Assembly: GCA_964270895.1 (NCBI GenBank)
Contig: OZ185446.1
Source: Podarcis filfolensis
Taxonomy: Eukaryota
Strand: one strand, 5' to 3'
DNA length: 64,000 nucleotides
The stretch's first letter is position 1. Every line of letters begins with the position of its first letter. A program made the position numbers and the translations under genes. Below are positions 59,930 through 64,000 of this stretch, in pieces. Under the pieces are notes generated by a model that worked only from the letters and a program-made list of their open reading frames with translations, was not told where the DNA came from and searched no databases.

Positions 59930-62865
59930 GTAAGCCACGGCTGTGGAGAGAGATGCAAAATTCGTGTGGGGCTAAATGGTTTATAGATTTATTTATTTTT
60001 TAAAGGGAGGTTATAGGCTGGCATAATCTTGAGAAAGCAAAACTATAATTTTGTGTGACGCATAACGGGAGGAATGAAATATGCTCACTTGGCTTTTGTC
60101 GACTTCCAGAATATATTACTCGGTTTCCACTGTGCTCTGAATTTTTTCAGACCCAGGTGCCTCCCTGAGCTTTTAAACGTGGTCTCTGATGTATTGGGTC
60201 TGATTCTGCGAGGAGAGTGGGCTAATAAGTAGCAAATGAGCTGTTAATTTGCTGCTACCTCTCCAGTCAAAAGGAAGCCAGGCCTTAACGAATTAGCTGT
60301 TTAAAAACAAACAGCCATGAAGTATGGTCTTGATGTTGATTGGGTGTGGTGGTGGATGCCTTTATTTCACCTGCGATGTAGCAACTTCAGTGAGGCATCT
60401 GTGGATCACTAATAAAGGTGAAAGGGTTTCTAAAATGTGAAAGACAGTGAATGTATGTGGTGGTGGCTGAGGCATGGGGGGTGGGGGTAGGAAGTGCAAA
60501 TGCTACCTAATAATTGGAAAGCCATTCTGCATGTCCTCCTTTCTACCTCAGGATCCGGTGGTATAGCATTGGGTTGGGGTGTTCAGTTCCAGGACTTTTT
60601 TGAAGCGGGAGTAATGGCATCATCTACGAGAGCACCTCATAACTCTTGGACCATCTTCAGTTCAAGTGAATGAGAATGAGGTTTTCAGTTTTGTTTGTGA
60701 CAGGTTAGCACAGGGGAAAGGGGGTAGCAAAAGCTGGATATTTCCTCTCTTCCTCTCTCTCTTTTTTCTTCGATGAGATTCCTACTTCATGTTTTAATGG
60801 TTTAAATGGAAAACCTTCTCTTCAAGACCGTTTGCGTTTCTAATTAAAAGCTGGCGGCTGCCTTCCAGCTGGCTGAACATCTTTTCTTGTGAAAGACCAA
60901 TATGCCTTCCAAGCTGAAGCTGAGAGCATGCAGTCAGAAGCACCACCGAGAGCAGCAAAGCTTGCACTCATGAATCTATGAAGAGTGTTACACTCAGCTT
61001 GATGCTCACACACTGGGTGGTATTAGGTGCTGCTGCTCTTTGGAGGGTGTTTGTATCTGTGCTTATGTAATAATGGGTCAACACAACCGCCTGCATTTTT
61101 GGATGCTCCTTGGTGCATGGCTGTGGGGCCTGCCATCATGAACACCTCCAGTTTAAAATTTGGCACTACACCATTGATGAGGTCACTGCAAACACTTCCT
61201 CCAAATTGTGGCTGCTGCACCACCATGACTGCACTAGCTGGAAGGACATAGCATGTGGGGTCCTTTCACTGTAGAATACCCATGCCAGTTCTTGTAGAAA
61301 TGCGGAAGGTATCTCCCCCCATGTGCAGTAAGTAAGCCAGAGGTCAGCCACCTTTTTGGAGTTTTGAGCAAGTGTCATGAGTGCCACCCTCTGGTCATTT
61401 ATCTTTCTCCCTCTCCCCTGCCTCAGGTCAGCTCCCCCTCCCCACCGCCACAGATATGGCAAAATAGAAAGTGTGCAGGCACACACTTCACTTTCCTAAT
61501 TGATCTGGGTTAAAAGTTGGGTTGCGATGAATTAATCAGAACCTTGAAAAGCACCTGGAACTGAGAGAGGAAGTGGGAAAGACTTCCTTCATCAGCTCTA
61601 TGTGCTTCTCAAGGGTGACACACGGGTGACCCCTGCAGCAACTCATCTTGGCAATTAGAGCTATAGGCATAGATTGTTTGTCACACACAGACTCCACTCC
61701 CCTTCTCAGTTTCCACCAGTTGGGCTTTCTAGAATTGGGCTTTGTTCCCCCTTTCTTTCAGAGAGTGATTTGGGGCACTTCCCCCTTCCCACACACACTG
61801 TAAAAAGGCCCCAGTTTAGACATATTTTCTTCAGGTTTGTAGGCTAACGTTGCCATTGTGGTTGCTGCTATAGAACATTCTGCGTATTTCATTACATTTT
61901 GGCATAATGAAGCCTAAGGCAGCATTTCACCATGTCCCAGAAAGTAAAAAAAACAGTGGTTCTCAAACTTCTAATTAAAGGGACAATACTGTTCTTGGTT
62001 CAAGAAAAAAAAGTTGGATTCATACCCTTCCCAGAATGCTTTCCCCCTTGGCTCTGTATTTCATGTTGCTTACAGGCAAGGCAACCACTCCAATGACCTG
62101 TTTGTTGTTCAGGCCTCTGTGGCCTTGGCAGTTGCTACTTACTCCTTGCTCTTTGGCCACTAGCATTTCCTTTCTCAAAACTCATGGCTTTATTCAGACC
62201 TTTTCTGTAGCACTCGATAACCTGCTATCGGATAACTCTGCGCTCATTATTCCTGTCAAGGCATTTTGCTGTCTGACACAAAGGCCAAGATGGCATCCTC
62301 TCCCACTCCATGCATAGTGAAGCTGATTGGACAGGTAGTTGAGTTTTACTTCAATGCTAACAACAGGACAGCATTCTTCATTGCACCCGAGGACAGCATG
62401 CTGGCTTAGGGGGTGTGGGGCAGGCTGTGGGGCACACGATCCTCTCTTCAACACCTCACCGCCACAGACTGCCCCACACCCCAACATCTGCCGCCTGAAG
62501 CAGCCACCTCACGCTGCCTCGTGGTAGGGCCAGCCCTGGGTGAGTATTGGTCAGGGGACATTTCCAGCCAAACTTGAAGCAGGGTGTCACAGCACAATAG
62601 ACTGGGGGAGATGTTTCTGGCCCCGATGAAGAGGAGCTATCCTGCATCTCTGCACTCTGTGGGAAAGTTTGAGGGAAACTGCAGTTGGGTGTTAAGGCTA
62701 TGAAAGGGTCCAAGGCAGACACCTCACAGTTTGCATTCCTCAGCCTTGTTTTCCCCCTCTCCAGGGAAGCTATCTGGTCAAGTCATGAGACTCAGTCCAA
62801 CCATGACTTGGCCTATGCATATTTACCACCCTAGCTTTAAAACTGTCACACGCTAGTAGTCTATA

Positions 62866-63096
62866 CAGTGGTACCTCGGGTTACAAACGCTTTGGGTTAC
62901 AAATGCTTCAGGTTACAGACTCCGCTAACCCGGAAGTAGTACCTCGGGTTAAGAACTTTACCTCAGGATGAGAACAGAAATCGTGCGGCGGCAGCGGGAG
63001 GCCCCATTAGCTAAAGTGGTACCTCGGGTTAAGAACAGTTTCAGGTTAAGAGCGGACCTCCAGAACGAATTAAGTTCTTAACCAGAGGTACCACTG
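62866..63096 (+). mobile_element. Tigger-like MITE, family A
   Basis: Same TIRs, TA TSD, extra subterminal repeat unit. Confidence 0.92.
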
Positions 63097-64000
63097 TATT
63101 ACTGTAGAAGTAGGAAGCTGCCCTATATCCTGTCAGAGTAACCCTTTACTGTGCACTTGGACTGGCAATGGCTTTACCGCCTCAGGCAGAGGAGTCCTGT
63201 CACTCAGTATCCATCTTTTTTAAAACCAAAAACAAAAACCTAGAGATTGAACATAGAAATTTTGTCATACAGTGCATATACTTTATCCCTCAGCTGGCTG
63301 TGTACACACCATTTAAACTACATTTAAAGCACATGACTTTCCCCCCAAAGAATTATGGGAACTATAGCTTAAGAGTGCCGTGCATTGCAGTACTGTGGGG
63401 GCAAACTGCAGTTCCCAGGATTCTTTGCAAAAAGTCATGTGCTCTAAAAGTATGGTGTATGTGCATGCATGGTCCCAACTTATAGTATTCCACTAATCAA
63501 AGGAACTAGATAAAATATAGCAGCTTTTTCCAGCCTAAGTAGGAACACCAGAGCCTGTAGCAGCCTACCAATTCTGTGGTGTATGAATATTTGTCAATGC
63601 TTAAGAACCCAGTGTCATAAGATTTGCAAATATATTTGTATCTTGCTATATGTGGATCGAGTCAGGGTGGGGAGAGGCAATAAGCCACAATATGTTTATT
63701 TTCCATTAGTGAGCTGGAGAGAAAGCAATGGGGGGAAAGTGAATATGCAATATATTTATTCCCCCTGAAGTCCAGTGTTCTTATTTTTAATACAACATCT
63801 GCTTACAGGTGTAATCTTGTACAAATGGCAAAGGATGATTTGTGCATTCTTTTGCTTTTCTTTTGTATTAGTTTCATGCTAACCTGTTCCATAGTCTTAT
63901 AATAGAAAACATATCTTTAAAAATCAGGTTGCTTGACAATGCCATTTGATACTGAAAAGGTTATGTTTCTTGTTGTTCTTGTTTTAATCTGAAGCTGTTT

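Noticed and set aside
1-64000. CRISPR arrays, rRNA genes, prokaryotic or viral systems
   Set aside because: No regularly spaced repeat-spacer structure, rRNA homology or compact gene clusters. The sequence is vertebrate intron.

Overview
Squamate reptile genomic DNA, most likely a lacertid lizard given the Sauria-SINE subfamily and MITE content. The whole window appears to lie inside KIAA1217 (SKT/sickle tail; mouse Etl4) on the + strand. Three consecutive coding exons are present (38456-38648, 50207-50405, 52663-52756) with matching splice phases. The rest is intron, rich in transposons: a young 5'-truncated L1 with an open ORF2 and 16-bp TSD, a BovB fragment, L2/CR1 remnants, four Sauria SINEs, two solo LTRs with 5-bp TSDs, and many Tc1/mariner- and hAT-type MITEs. 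The best leads are (1) two tandem minimal type I hammerhead ribozyme motifs on the minus strand, 190 nt apart, in a Penelope-like/retrozyme-like repeat inside a four-element nested insertion at 12.9-14.4 kb, (2) a Sauria SINE with a twin-priming-type 5' inversion and a perfect 14-bp TSD, and (3) two candidate internal promoters/first exons downstream of the last coding exon. All calls come from reading the sequence and from recalled family consensus sequences; no database search was run.
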